Shown here: in pieces, positions 10,307 through 18,932 of the stretch
How the letters are laid out: each line of letters begins with the position of its first letter
How positions within the stretch are numbered: the first letter of the stretch is position 1
Source of the DNA: a virus
Virus record (IMG/VR): IMGVR_UViG_3300025834_000005
Reading direction: 5' to 3' (one strand)
DNA: 64,000 nucleotides
Notes under the pieces: model-generated
What the model saw: only the letters and a program-made list of their open reading frames with translations
The model's database searches: none
What the model was told of the DNA's origin: nothing
Translations under genes and position numbers: made by a program

Positions 10307-13084
10307 ATGACAATTTATAATAATAAAATATTAGTTAGCCAACGTAGGACTCAGTCAAAATTCATTATTGACAACTATTTTCCTGTTATTAATAGTGATG
10401 TTAATTTAATAAGCGAATCAATTGAGGCTGATAATAGCGTGTGGTCATTAAATGACGGTGTTACTCCCGTATCTATATCAGGGGTAACAGGAACAACATT
10501 AACCCCAAGAATTGCAGCACCTCTTATGCAATCGTTGCAAACCGTAAATCGTGTTGGCAATAATGTTTATACAAAATTTGTGTACCCTATATATGCTCCA
10601 ACAAGGGTATATTCAGACATTGTTGTTGATAAGGAAATTATTAGAATCGGCGAATCTGTTACAATCAGTGCTGTTGATTTTAACACTGTGAGTGGATCAA
10701 CTCCGAGTTATTTATTTAGAGTGTATGACAGTAATAGTAATGCTCTGGTAAAGATATTAACAAATAAAATTAATACCACAACTTTTTCAACATTAGGAGC
10801 TTATGATATTGTGTTGGAGATCACAACAAATGGATCGATAGTTAAACAAACTATTCGAAAGTTGCTGACTGTTACGCCCTCATTATCTAATATAGGGGAC
10901 GCTATAATATGTGAATTAGTTCCAGTTACTCAATTGGTTACTAAACAAGATTTTGGTGATAGTAATATTTCTGCTGGTTCGACTATTATTATAAGACTTC
11001 CAGTGTTACCACCCGAAGGTTCGATGTATAGATTATCATTGAATAATTTACAGGGGACTGCGTTAAACCCAATTGTGATTACATTCGATTCGAATACACA
11101 AATTGAGTTTAATTTTAATAGCTATTATGGATTTTTGATGTATAATTGTCAACATGTTATTTTTGATGGCAGAGGCTATAATAATTTAAAATATGGGATA
11201 CATATAACCAAATATGAGTCAACAGATATTGCTATAACTGGTTTTGGTGTAGGTTATTTATGTAGCGATATACAAATATTCGGTGTTGAAATATCAAAAG
11301 CAAGTTTTGCTGGCTTATTAGCAAAAACAGACCCCAACCCAAATGATCCTACAACATGGAGGGAAAATTATTCGTTTAACAATTTTTCATTGCATCATAA
11401 TTATTTCCATGACACCAGCTCAGAGGGCAATTATATTGGATATTTTAGTCCTGAAACACATACAGCCTTGAATAGTACTGGTGGAACTGTGACATATAGA
11501 GCACATGAAATGCGTTCGGCAAAAATTTATAGAAACACTTATTTAAGAACAGGCTGGGACAGTATTCAATTAAATAATGGAACAACAAATTGTGAAATAT
11601 GCTATAATGACATAACAGATGCCTCAATTTATCCTGAAGCTGATCAGGCAAGCTTTATGTCATTATCTATGGACGGATCTATACATCATAATACAATGGC
11701 AAACTCAGGAGGCGTTGGTATCCAATTTGGTTCATTTACTGGTATTGATATTTATAATAATACTATGACAGGCGTTGCCACAGGGTATAGCGGATTGTTA
11801 TTGCTTAGTTCCATAAATGTTCCTGAACAATATGGAACTAACGGTACTAATTCAGGCACAACTATAAATGTTTATAATAACACTATTTTATGCTCTGGTA
11901 CATTTTTTAATGCTCAGAATGTTGTACAATTTAGTAGCGTGTACGTAAAGAATAATTTATTAAAATATGAAGGTTCTTTATTTAGCGGACAAGATACAGT
12001 AACCGAAGCTAATTGGATTGCAAATGCTGAATCTAATTTTAGAATTACTGACGACGGCTCAGCATATCAATTAGCCAATATAGATGATAATGATTTACAG
12101 ATATCATCAAATTCAAATTTAATTGATACAGGTGTAAATTTTGGATCAAACGATGATATAAGAGGCTTTGAGAAATGGAATGTGCCTACAAAGCATATAG
12201 GTGCGTTTTCAGGTTATAGAAGACTGAGTCAATCCATTCTAACATTAACAAATTTTAATTTAAATAGTAGCGGCATAACGACCAGTAATAGACTTGTAAC
12301 AGTATCGTATGCATCAATAGGCTCTCCCACTCAGTATATGATAGGCGAAGACCCTTCATTAATTGGTTCGTCATGGATTGATATCACAGGTGGAACTATC
12401 ACCTACACGCTTACAGAACCAGACGGTTTAAAAACAGTGTATTTTAAATTGAAAAATGCTTCTGACGCTGTTAGTAGTATATTGAGTTATTCGATAAATC
12501 TAAATAGACAAAAGCGAATACTGGTTGACATAGGATCGTCAAATGCATCATATCAAACAGGCACAATGGGTAATCCTCAGACAACTGATAATGTTTGGAA
12601 TAATTTATATTCGGCTGCAAATGCAACACCTGTGGCAACAGGCAATACAGTATCGCCATTGGTTGACGTAAGCGGCGCAGCGACATCATTTTCAATGGTA
12701 GTTTCCACCTCTTTCAGTGATTGGGAGGCAAACGGTGGTGCTGATAATCCTTTGGCTATATATCCGTATACAGCATATAAGGATTCATTCATTGCTAATT
12801 TTGGCACTGTCGGCGAGCTTACGCTATTGAATTTAAACCCAGCTAATTTATATACTGTTAAATGTTTTGGGGCAAGAGGATTTACCAGTAATAGAACTAT
12901 TTACACTATTGACGGAGTATCACAGCCATTATTAACACAAAATAATATTAGTAGTGTTGTTACTTTTAGCGGAGTATCTCCAGATATTAATAATAACATT
13001 ATTATAAGAGTCGGAGGAACTGCTGGTTATCCTGATACAAATGGCTATATCTCAGTCTTAGACATATATGAGCAGATCGTATGA
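10307..13084 (+). CDS. Beta-helix (pectate-lyase-fold-like) tailspike or depolymerase candidate
   Basis: 925 aa. Contains HHNYFHDTSSEGNYIGY, IYRNTYLRTGWDSIQLNNG and IHHNTMANSGGVGIQFG repeats. Confidence 0.55.
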   Translation: MTIYNNKILVSQRRTQSKFIIDNYFPVINSDVNLISESIEADNSVWSLNDGVTPVSISGVTGTTLTPRIAAPLMQSLQTVNRVGNNVYTKFVYPIYAPTRVYSDIVVDKEIIRIGESVTISAVDFNTVSGSTPSYLFRVYDSNSNALVKILTNKINTTTFSTLGAYDIVLEITTNGSIVKQTIRKLLTVTPSLSNIGDAIICELVPVTQLVTKQDFGDSNISAGSTIIIRLPVLPPEGSMYRLSLNNLQGTALNPIVITFDSNTQIEFNFNSYYGFLMYNCQHVIFDGRGYNNLKYGIHITKYESTDIAITGFGVGYLCSDIQIFGVEISKASFAGLLAKTDPNPNDPTTWRENYSFNNFSLHHNYFHDTSSEGNYIGYFSPETHTALNSTGGTVTYRAHEMRSAKIYRNTYLRTGWDSIQLNNGTTNCEICYNDITDASIYPEADQASFMSLSMDGSIHHNTMANSGGVGIQFGSFTGIDIYNNTMTGVATGYSGLLLLSSINVPEQYGTNGTNSGTTINVYNNTILCSGTFFNAQNVVQFSSVYVKNNLLKYEGSLFSGQDTVTEANWIANAESNFRITDDGSAYQLANIDDNDLQISSNSNLIDTGVNFGSNDDIRGFEKWNVPTKHIGAFSGYRRLSQSILTLTNFNLNSSGITTSNRLVTVSYASIGSPTQYMIGEDPSLIGSSWIDITGGTITYTLTEPDGLKTVYFKLKNASDAVSSILSYSINLNRQKRILVDIGSSNASYQTGTMGNPQTTDNVWNNLYSAANATPVATGNTVSPLVDVSGAATSFSMVVSTSFSDWEANGGADNPLAIYPYTAYKDSFIANFGTVGELTLLNLNPANLYTVKCFGARGFTSNRTIYTIDGVSQPLLTQNNISSVVTFSGVSPDINNNIIIRVGGTAGYPDTNGYISVLDIYEQIV

Positions 13085-13136
13085 TAAGGGTAGATATTGA
13101 CGAAATCTATTTATGACTATCGCTAATTAATAATCG

Positions 13137-13153
13137 CCGTATTTATAGAAAAT
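13137..13153 (+). promoter_or_regulatory. Recurrent motif CGTATTTATA
   Basis: ccgtatttatagaaaat lies just upstream of ATG 13161. Confidence 0.35.
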
Positions 13154-13160
13154 ATTGATC

Positions 13161-13376
13161 ATGAGTGTACTTGAAGAGATTTATACAGGATGGAAAAACT
13201 TCGTATTTGAAAACGAAGCAGTTGAGGAAATAGCAAAAAAACGAATCATCATATGTGTTGATTGTGAATTCTTTACAGTTTTAAAAACATGCACGAAATG
13301 TGGGTGCTATATGCCGTTTAAAACAAGAAGTCCTTTATCATCATGCGCATTACCCGAACCTTTAAAAAAATGGTAA
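13161..13376 (+). CDS. Small Cys-rich (zinc-ribbon-like) protein
   Basis: 71 aa with CVDC..CTKCGC. ATG 13161 is preferred over TTG 13155. The stop overlaps the next start (TAATG). Confidence 0.55.
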   Translation: MSVLEEIYTGWKNFVFENEAVEEIAKKRIIICVDCEFFTVLKTCTKCGCYMPFKTRSPLSSCALPEPLKKW

Positions 13377-13981
13377 TGATAGACAATAGACAACGATTAT
13401 TCGAAATAATGGAAAGGGTTAATCCCGAATTCATTAATGAGGCTGGCGTTATCGGCAATGCTTTTAGATCAGCTAATAATGCTGTGTTTGGTGCTGCTGA
13501 TAAAGCCGCAGCAGCTACAGTCGATAAAGCAAAAGCAGCGATCTCAAATAAATTGGGCGATAACTTCCAATTAAGAACATATGGCGATTTAAATAAAGCC
13601 ATCAATGTTATAACAGGCGTAAAAAAGGGCGAATTAGTTGGAGCTGAGTTGTCAAATGTGGGTGTTGACTTTCTATTAGGCTTATTACCAGGACTTAGTG
13701 CAGCGAAATCAGCAATGGATGTATATTCGGCAATGTTTAAAGCACCTGATGATAAAAAAACAAATACATGGCTTGATAAGCTAAATGTTGACGATGATTT
13801 ATCGGCTATTGTTGATGATACTGTTGAAACAGGCTTTATGACTGAATTATCACAGCTTATAGCTAATGAGCCTCCAACAAAACCTCTTGAGCCTAATTTC
13901 GATATCAATGCAAAGATGGTTGATTTTTTATCACGAAAATATAATAAAAGAACTGTTGCAGGTGTTCCGCCGAAAGTTTAA
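13376..13981 (+). CDS. Hypothetical protein with N-terminal RLFEIMERV motif
   Basis: TAATG coupling to the upstream gene. The N-terminus NRQRLFEIMERVNPEF is shared with the genes at 17589 and 23355(-). Confidence 0.6.
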   Translation: MIDNRQRLFEIMERVNPEFINEAGVIGNAFRSANNAVFGAADKAAAATVDKAKAAISNKLGDNFQLRTYGDLNKAINVITGVKKGELVGAELSNVGVDFLLGLLPGLSAAKSAMDVYSAMFKAPDDKKTNTWLDKLNVDDDLSAIVDDTVETGFMTELSQLIANEPPTKPLEPNFDINAKMVDFLSRKYNKRTVAGVPPKV

Positions 13982-13989
13982 TTGCTCAG

Positions 13990-14541
13990 TTATTTAAACT
14001 GAGCAATATTATCGGCAACCATATCGTATAGATACTGTTTTGCAAAAATTCCTTTAATCTTTGGCGATGCTTTACTTAAAGCAACAAAAGCAATTTCTTC
14101 TCCGCCTTTTGTATAAAGAGTAACATCAATATCGCTCCACTCAACATGGCTTATAAGTGATGTTGCGTCATCAGGAACGTCATAATCTCCACTGCGAACA
14201 GTATTGGTATCCATTTGACATGGAACATTGATACCACTCATGTATAATTGAAACGTAATAGGCTCTTTAGCTGGGTCAAATGCATAAACAATATCGCTAA
14301 TATATTCAAGGTCAAAATTACAACTATCGTTATCTTCCATTTCTTTAATATTCGAGTCAATAACATTCTCCTTAATCTTACTCCTATTCGAGATAGAATC
14401 AATTATAAACTGTTTTTGGAAGTCCTCGCTACCAAGTAACTGCGCTCTTTCGTCCTCTCCAACTTGCTTATCGTTATTAAGATAGTCAAATTCTGATATC
14501 ACTTCATTTATGGCTTTAATAATTCTCTTATCAATATTCAT
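13990..14541 (-). CDS. Acidic hypothetical protein
   Basis: 183 aa ORF with an ATG start and the motif cgtatttatattaaaa upstream on the minus strand. Confidence 0.6.
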   Translation of the reverse strand: MNIDKRIIKAINEVISEFDYLNNDKQVGEDERAQLLGSEDFQKQFIIDSISNRSKIKENVIDSNIKEMEDNDSCNFDLEYISDIVYAFDPAKEPITFQLYMSGINVPCQMDTNTVRSGDYDVPDDATSLISHVEWSDIDVTLYTKGGEEIAFVALSKASPKIKGIFAKQYLYDMVADNIAQFK

Positions 14542-14548
14542 ATCAATA

Positions 14549-14564
14549 TTTTAATATAAATACG
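14549..14564 (-). promoter_or_regulatory. Recurrent motif CGTATTTATATTAAAA (minus strand)
   Basis: The reverse complement of ttttaatataaatacg lies 8 nt upstream of ATG 14541(-). Confidence 0.35.
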
Positions 14565-14589
14565 AGGGAAATAAATATTGTTAAAACAC

Positions 14590-14620
14590 TTGCATGTTAA
14601 TATTATATTGCATATATTTG
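14590..14620 (+). promoter_or_regulatory. Bacteroidota-type promoter (TTGCAT ... TATATTTG)
   Basis: cacTTGCATgttaatattatattgcaTATATTTGcag, 20 nt before ATG 14640. Confidence 0.5.
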
Positions 14621-14639
14621 CAGTCTAAAATATAATAAT

Positions 14640-14804
14640 ATGAGCGAGTTAAAATGTGGCGACGTAGTCGAATTAAAATCTGGAAGTCCTAAAATGACAT
14701 TAGGTATATATGACGAGGATGAGGATAGTTGGTATTGCCAATGGTTTAGAGAATCCGATCTTAATGAGGGCGATTTTTATGCTGATCAACTTAAATTGGT
14801 TTAA
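14640..14804 (+). CDS. YodC/DUF2158-like small protein
   Basis: 54 aa, absent from the ORF track. MSELKCGDVVELKSGSPKMTLG..WYCQWF fits the GDxVxLKSGGPxMT..CxWF pattern of that family. Confidence 0.55.
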   Translation: MSELKCGDVVELKSGSPKMTLGIYDEDEDSWYCQWFRESDLNEGDFYADQLKLV

Positions 14805-14849
14805 AATAACGAATAATTAAACTTTTTTTAAAAAAATTACTATTTATAG

Positions 14850-14879
14850 TTGCAGGTTACAAAATAATGATTACTTTTG
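14850..14879 (+). promoter_or_regulatory. Strong Bacteroidota-type promoter of cassette A (TTGCAG-N19-TACTTTTG)
   Basis: tagTTGCAGgttacaaaataatgatTACTTTTGtaccg. The same architecture occurs at cassettes B, C and D. Confidence 0.55.
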
Positions 14880-14907
14880 TACCGAAATAAAAAAATAATT
14901 AGAAACA

Positions 14908-14979
14908 ATGAGAACAATTTTTAACATAGTACCGCAACATCAACCACAACAATTGAAATCTTTTCAATCGAATGGCTGA
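14908..14979 (+). CDS. Leader mini-ORF A (23 aa, MRTIFNIVPQHQPQQLKSFQSNG)
   Basis: The run CCG CAA CAT CAA CCA CAA CAA (PQHQPQQ) uses only Pro/His/Gln, which are exactly the tRNA identities encoded downstream. A terminator follows. Confidence 0.5.
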   Translation: MRTIFNIVPQHQPQQLKSFQSNG

Positions 14980-15007
14980 ACTATGTAAAAAATAAGCATA
15001 CATAATG

Positions 15008-15042
15008 ATCCCCTTTAATTGAAAGATTAAAGGGGATTTTTT
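15008..15042 (+). terminator. Intrinsic terminator of cassette A
   Basis: cccctttaat-tgaaag-attaaagggg (10 bp stem) followed by a T-run. It ends 3 nt before the first tRNA-like gene. Confidence 0.7.
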
Positions 15043-15044
15043 AT

Positions 15045-15131
15045 ATAGGCGTAGACCTGTAGTTGGTAGCAGTCCTGATTTGGGATCAGGCGTAGTAAAA
15101 TACCTCGTGAGTTCGAGCCTCACCGCTTATA
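15045..15131 (+). tRNA. Atypical tRNA(UGG), 87 nt with 16-nt variable region
   Basis: Acceptor ATAGGCG/CGCTTAT. Anticodon arm CCTGA-TTTGGGA-TCAGG. T arm GTGAG-TTCGAGC-CTCAC. The D arm is irregular. Confidence 0.5.
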
Positions 15132-15142
15132 CAAATTTTTAA

Positions 15143-15667
15143 ATGATTTATATGGAAAAAATTAATAATATTATGATTGTCGCTGTTAATAAAGGATATT
15201 ACGCCAATGAAAATGGTGATATATTCTCAGTGAAGAAAAAGTTAATATTAGGAAAGTCAAAAAATGGTTATCTTCGTTTTTCGATTAGATGCAATGGATA
15301 TAGAGAGGTTGTCTTCGTTCACAAATTTGTAGCATATTTAAAGTATGGCGACAAGATGTTTGAAGATAATATTGAGGTTAGGCATTTTAATGGCGATTCA
15401 TCAGATAATTCATTTGAAAATATATTACTTGGGACACACTCAGATAATATGCAAGATATTTCAAAAATAGTGCGGATAACAAAAGCCTTAATAGCATCAA
15501 AAAAAGTAAGGGCTTTTGATGACGACACTGTTAATGAAATATTAAATGATAGAAAATTTGGAATGACATATAAAGACCTTTGCGCTAAATATGATACGAG
15601 TAAGTCAACGTTGAGTTACTTTTTCAATCATGCATATTATAGTGGTCTCAGAGAATTGAAAGAGTGA
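15143..15667 (+). CDS. HNH (HNH_3/NUMOD4-type) homing endonuclease
   Basis: VHKFVAYLKYG..VRHFNGDSSDNSFENILLGTHSDN motif. The gene is inserted between tRNA(UGG) copies. Confidence 0.7.
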   Translation: MIYMEKINNIMIVAVNKGYYANENGDIFSVKKKLILGKSKNGYLRFSIRCNGYREVVFVHKFVAYLKYGDKMFEDNIEVRHFNGDSSDNSFENILLGTHSDNMQDISKIVRITKALIASKKVRAFDDDTVNEILNDRKFGMTYKDLCAKYDTSKSTLSYFFNHAYYSGLRELKE

Positions 15668-15673
15668 ATATAC

Positions 15674-15747
15674 AGGGTAGTTATGCAGAGACTATACAAC
15701 GCAAGTTTGGAACTTGCGGTTCGTGGGTTTGAATCCCACCTACCCTA
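15674..15747 (+). tRNA. tRNA-Pro(UGG), weak D stem
   Basis: Acceptor AGGGTAG/CTACCCT. Anticodon arm GCAAG-TTTGGAA-CTTGC. T arm GTGGG-TTTGAAT-CCCAC. Confidence 0.6.
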
Positions 15748-15768
15748 CAAATTATTAGTTTGTAATAT

Positions 15769-15841
15769 AGAGTAGTATATCAATTGGCAGATTACCGCAT
15801 TTGGGATGCGGAGGTTCTGGGTTCGAGTCCCAGTTACTCTA
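15769..15841 (+). tRNA. tRNA-Pro(UGG)
   Basis: Acceptor AGAGTAG/TTACTCT. Anticodon arm CCGCA-TTTGGGA-TGCGG. T arm CTGGG-TTCGAGT-CCCAG. Confidence 0.8.
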
Positions 15842-15872
15842 CTGATTATCAATTAGTTGATAGTTATTAAAT

Positions 15873-15947
15873 GGTGTTTGTAGCTTAAATGGATAAAGCG
15901 CATGCCTGTGAAGCATGTACATGCGAGATCGTACCTCGTCTAACACC
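15873..15947 (+). tRNA. tRNA-His(GUG)
   Basis: G-1 opposite C73. Anticodon arm CATGC-CTGTGAA-GCATG. The T loop is the variant ATCGTAC. Confidence 0.8.
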
Positions 15948-15967
15948 CTAATTTTAAATTAAAGATC

Positions 15968-16732
15968 ATGTATTACGTTGTACAGAAGAATGTTTTTAGA
16001 GAAGAAAATTACGATAATTTGATTATCGCTTTGAATCGGTTAGAGTTGCCTTATGAAATCGTTGATGTGCTACCATTCGTAGACACCTTCGAATTCAAGA
16101 CAACCAGAAAGGATGTATTTCCTTTTGGTGCTGTGAAAATGTCGAGAATTGCCAAAGAATTGGACTGGAATCCAGGCTCTCAATTGTGTGACAATCATGA
16201 TTATAACGTATATAGTAAGTATTATAAGGAGAACTTACTTAATTACGATTCAAAGATCATTAAATTCGGTGATGACTTCTTTCAAACAGAAAGGTTCTTT
16301 GCAAGACCAACATTAGATACGAAAGTGTTTACAGGTAAAGTATTCGACATGGGCGAGTGGATTGAATTCAGAGATAATTCCTTTGCCAATGGACATAGCA
16401 CTTTACTGAACGCCGATACAGAAATTCAGATTTCTTCTGTTAAGAACATTCAGAACGAAATAAGATTCTGGATTGTGAAGGGCGAAATCGCCACAGCAAG
16501 TCAGTATTCTCTGGGTGGAAGATTCTGTGTGAATGCAAACGTTGATCAATCGGCATATGACTTTGTAAACAGAATGATAAAGATATTCGAATTAAACGAC
16601 ACCTTTATCATGGATGCATGCCTTGTTAATGGCGAATACAAAATAGTTGAATGCGGTTGCACTAATAGTGCTGGCTTCTACAGAGCAGACATGCAAAAAC
16701 TGCTTATGAAATTGGAAGACGCTTTCAATTAA
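15968..16732 (+). CDS. ATP-grasp fold protein (R2K-clade/DUF4343-like)
   Basis: FFARPTLDTKVFTGKVF, EIRFWIVKGEIATASQY and FIMDACLVNGEYKIVECGCTNSAGFY match the phage R2K ATP-grasp pattern. Confidence 0.55.
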   Translation: MYYVVQKNVFREENYDNLIIALNRLELPYEIVDVLPFVDTFEFKTTRKDVFPFGAVKMSRIAKELDWNPGSQLCDNHDYNVYSKYYKENLLNYDSKIIKFGDDFFQTERFFARPTLDTKVFTGKVFDMGEWIEFRDNSFANGHSTLLNADTEIQISSVKNIQNEIRFWIVKGEIATASQYSLGGRFCVNANVDQSAYDFVNRMIKIFELNDTFIMDACLVNGEYKIVECGCTNSAGFYRADMQKLLMKLEDAFN

Positions 16733-16739
16733 TATAAAT

Positions 16740-16812
16740 TGTTTCGTGGTGTAATTGGTAACACGTCTGACTCTGAATCAGTTGAGTGCAGGTTCGATCC
16801 CTGCCGAAACAA
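16740..16812 (+). tRNA. tRNA-Gln(CUG)
   Basis: Acceptor TGTTTCG/CGAAACA. Anticodon loop CTCTGAA. T arm GCAGG-TTCGATC-CCTGC. Confidence 0.8.
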
Positions 16813-16822
16813 CTAAACTATA

Positions 16823-16896
16823 TTGCCCTGTTATGTAATGGTTAGCATACGACACTTTGAATGTCGGAGTCATGGTTCGAGTCCATGCAGGGCAAC
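16823..16896 (+). tRNA. tRNA-Gln(UUG)
   Basis: Acceptor TTGCCCT/AGGGCAA. Anticodon arm CGACA-CTTTGAA-TGTCG. T arm CATGG-TTCGAGT-CCATG. Confidence 0.85.
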
Positions 16897-16904
16897 ATTT
16901 TCAC

Positions 16905-16935
16905 TTGCATGTTATTTAAAAAATAACTACTTTTG
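16905..16935 (+). promoter_or_regulatory. Bacteroidota-type promoter
   Basis: cacTTGCATgttatttaaaaaataacTACTTTTGcat, 13 nt before ATG 16949. Confidence 0.5.
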
Positions 16936-16948
16936 CATAAAAAATTTT

Positions 16949-17152
16949 ATGAACTCAGAAAAATTATTGCTACAGATTAAGAAAGATTTAACACCGTTAG
17001 ATATTGGGAAGATAATTGTATTACCATGCAAGGGAGACCCAAGGGTACTACAAAATGAAGTATCGTTTGCAATAATGGGAGAGAATGAAGGCATTATTCA
17101 ATATATTGTAACTGTTGAGAAACTTAATAACAAAACCAATGGGAAACTATAA
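16949..17152 (+). CDS. Hypothetical small protein
   Basis: 67 aa from an internal ATG. The longer track ORF (16823) would run through tRNA-Gln. Confidence 0.5.
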   Translation: MNSEKLLLQIKKDLTPLDIGKIIVLPCKGDPRVLQNEVSFAIMGENEGIIQYIVTVEKLNNKTNGKL

Positions 17153-17540
17153 CCTATTCCTTGATGATTTTAGATCGCCAGAGGACGCTTTCTATTACAT
17201 GCGCAATAGCGATTATTTGAAACTTGAATGGGTAATCGTTCGAAGTTATAATGAGTTTGTGAGCTATATCGAGAAGAATGGTATGCCAGCTACGATTAGC
17301 TTCGACCATGATCTTGCCGATATTCATTATGAACAACAAACAAATATCAACTATGATAATGCTGACGATGATGAGAAGACTGGATATCATTGCGCTAAAT
17401 GGCTTATCGATTACACAATGGATAACGATGTTGAATTACCAGCATATATGTTGATACATTCAATGAATACAGTTGGTAGCCGAAACATTAAATCATTGTT
17501 TGAAAACTACAAGCATTTTGTAAAAAAAGGAGCATCATAA
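17139..17540 (+). CDS. cREC-like (cyclic-phosphate-processing receiver-like) domain protein
   Basis: NLFLDDFR..ISFDHDLA..TGYHCAKWL..IHSMNTVG resembles the cREC family linked to RNA-repair systems. ATG 17139 is preferred over TTG 17115. Confidence 0.45.
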   Translation: MGNYNLFLDDFRSPEDAFYYMRNSDYLKLEWVIVRSYNEFVSYIEKNGMPATISFDHDLADIHYEQQTNINYDNADDDEKTGYHCAKWLIDYTMDNDVELPAYMLIHSMNTVGSRNIKSLFENYKHFVKKGAS

Positions 17541-17556
17541 TGATACTCCTTTTTTG
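17525..17556 (+). terminator. Intrinsic terminator
   Basis: aaggag-catcataatgata-ctcctt followed by TTTT. Confidence 0.6.
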
Positions 17557-17588
17557 TTTATATTAGTATTTATTATAAATTTGATATT

Positions 17589-18587
17589 ATGAGTGATAAG
17601 TATAGCAAAAATAGGCTCTTCGAAATGATGGGCAGGGTGGATAATAATTTCAATGAGGAGTCAACAGCCTCTGATGGTGGCTATCATAGTAAGCATGTAA
17701 ATAATCCACAATCAGCTGGAAAAGAAATACAGAATTGGCTAAATGGCATAGGTCAGGAAAAAACAACGCAAATATATTATAGAATGGCTGACGAATTTAG
17801 AGACATAGTAATTGATGACTCTGATCTATCATATATGCGTTCAGAATCGCCTGATGATTTGGATTATGGCTTTGTTGAAGCATTGGCATGTTATAAGCAT
17901 GACTATAATGAGGATAGTCCTTATATGTACTTCGTTAATTTCTTACTAAGCACTAAATATAGATTCAATCCAAAAACCACATTTAGTTATCGTGCAGAAG
18001 ACTTGGATGAGAAAGGTAAAGCTATTTATAATACTCTTTCAAATGGTGATGACCATTATGGTGAATTGTATGAAGATTTGCTTTATGATCAGGCTGAACA
18101 AGATGATAACAATAATGACCGCAACGGTTATGATGAAAGCGTTAAAAAAAGACTCTCAACTATTTTTGAAATTAAAAACATCGAAGCTCAGAGAAATGGT
18201 AAGAAGAAAGTTTTAAACGAAACTAAGCTTTTTGGCATGATTAATAAACTTGAAAGTAAACGCAAGCTCAATGAATGGGGTGATGAAAATGACTCTGATT
18301 ACGAGAATGATTCAAGTAATTATAGTGAACAAGGTGATTATGATGATCACGAGGGCAGTAGCAGCAATTATGGCGCAAATGACCGTGAAGCCGACAATAC
18401 AGATCATATGGATGAGGAATTATCAACAGAAGACCCTCATTTTCAAATAGGGTCTTTGAGACAGAAACTTAACTCTCATTTAGATCAGGTTCAAAGACTG
18501 TTCACTTATCTGGATGAAAAACCTTCAATAGAAGCTGTTAAGGGGTTTGTAGGAAGCGTTCTAAATGGTTGGGAAAAAGAAAAATAA
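17589..18587 (+). CDS. Highly acidic protein with N-terminal RLFEMMGRV motif
   Basis: 332 aa with Asp/Glu/Asn-rich tracts. N-terminus KNRLFEMMGRVDNNFNE. The motif ttagtatttattataaat lies upstream. Confidence 0.65.
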   Translation: MSDKYSKNRLFEMMGRVDNNFNEESTASDGGYHSKHVNNPQSAGKEIQNWLNGIGQEKTTQIYYRMADEFRDIVIDDSDLSYMRSESPDDLDYGFVEALACYKHDYNEDSPYMYFVNFLLSTKYRFNPKTTFSYRAEDLDEKGKAIYNTLSNGDDHYGELYEDLLYDQAEQDDNNNDRNGYDESVKKRLSTIFEIKNIEAQRNGKKKVLNETKLFGMINKLESKRKLNEWGDENDSDYENDSSNYSEQGDYDDHEGSSSNYGANDREADNTDHMDEELSTEDPHFQIGSLRQKLNSHLDQVQRLFTYLDEKPSIEAVKGFVGSVLNGWEKEK

Positions 18588-18626
18588 AAATATTTTAAAC
18601 TTTTTTGAATTATTTACTATTTATAT

Positions 18627-18656
18627 TTGCAGGTAATAAAAAAAGCATTACCTTTG
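18627..18656 (+). promoter_or_regulatory. Promoter of cassette B (TTGCAG-N-TACCTTTG)
   Basis: tatatTTGCAGgtaataaaaaaagcatTACCTTTGtaccg. Confidence 0.5.
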
Positions 18657-18709
18657 TACCGAAATTAATATTTACTTCCTTTAGGGAATCAAAAAAAAGA
18701 ATAGAAACG

Positions 18710-18844
18710 ATGAGAAATTTACTTAACATGGCACATTACATAGTCAATTCTAATGGGAATCAAAAGAACATGGAATTATTGGCAGTGGAACAGGTCAACC
18801 TCCTATTATGGGCGGATGAGGATACATTGTGCAATGCTGGTTAA
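18710..18844 (+). CDS. Leader mini-ORF B (44 aa)
   Basis: MRNLLNMAHYIVNSNGNQKNMELLAVEQVNLLLWADEDTLCNAG. The block ELLAVEQVNLLLWADED uses the Glu/Leu/Ala/Val/Trp/Asp codons served by the array that follows. Confidence 0.5.
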   Translation: MRNLLNMAHYIVNSNGNQKNMELLAVEQVNLLLWADEDTLCNAG

Positions 18845-18871
18845 GTAGAGTTTAATAATAATATTAAATAA

Positions 18872-18902
18872 AACCTCCAGCATACGTGTTGGAGGTTTTT
18901 TG
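18872..18902 (+). terminator. Intrinsic terminator of cassette B
   Basis: aacctcca-gcatacgtgt-tggaggtt followed by TTTT. Confidence 0.7.
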
Positions 18903-18915
18903 TTTATATGCGTTT

Positions 18916-18932
18916 TTTGACATGTTGGAATT
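18916..18932 (+). promoter_or_regulatory. Conserved 17-nt motif TTTGACATGTTGGAATT before the first tRNA of array B
   Basis: The identical 17-mer recurs at 35854..35870 before array D. It contains TTGACA. Confidence 0.4.

Noticed and set aside
13318-13908. 196-aa minus-strand ORF overlapping 13376..13981
   Set aside because: It is the mirror image of an Ala-rich + strand gene. That gene has TAATG coupling to the upstream gene and a conserved N-terminal motif. The minus ORF has no promoter or motif context.
17992-18450. Alternative-frame ORFs (17992..18216, 18250..18450) inside the acidic gene
   Set aside because: They are Met/Ile/Lys-rich frame-shifted readings of GAT/GAA/AAT repeats. The main frame is continuous and carries the conserved N-terminal motif.
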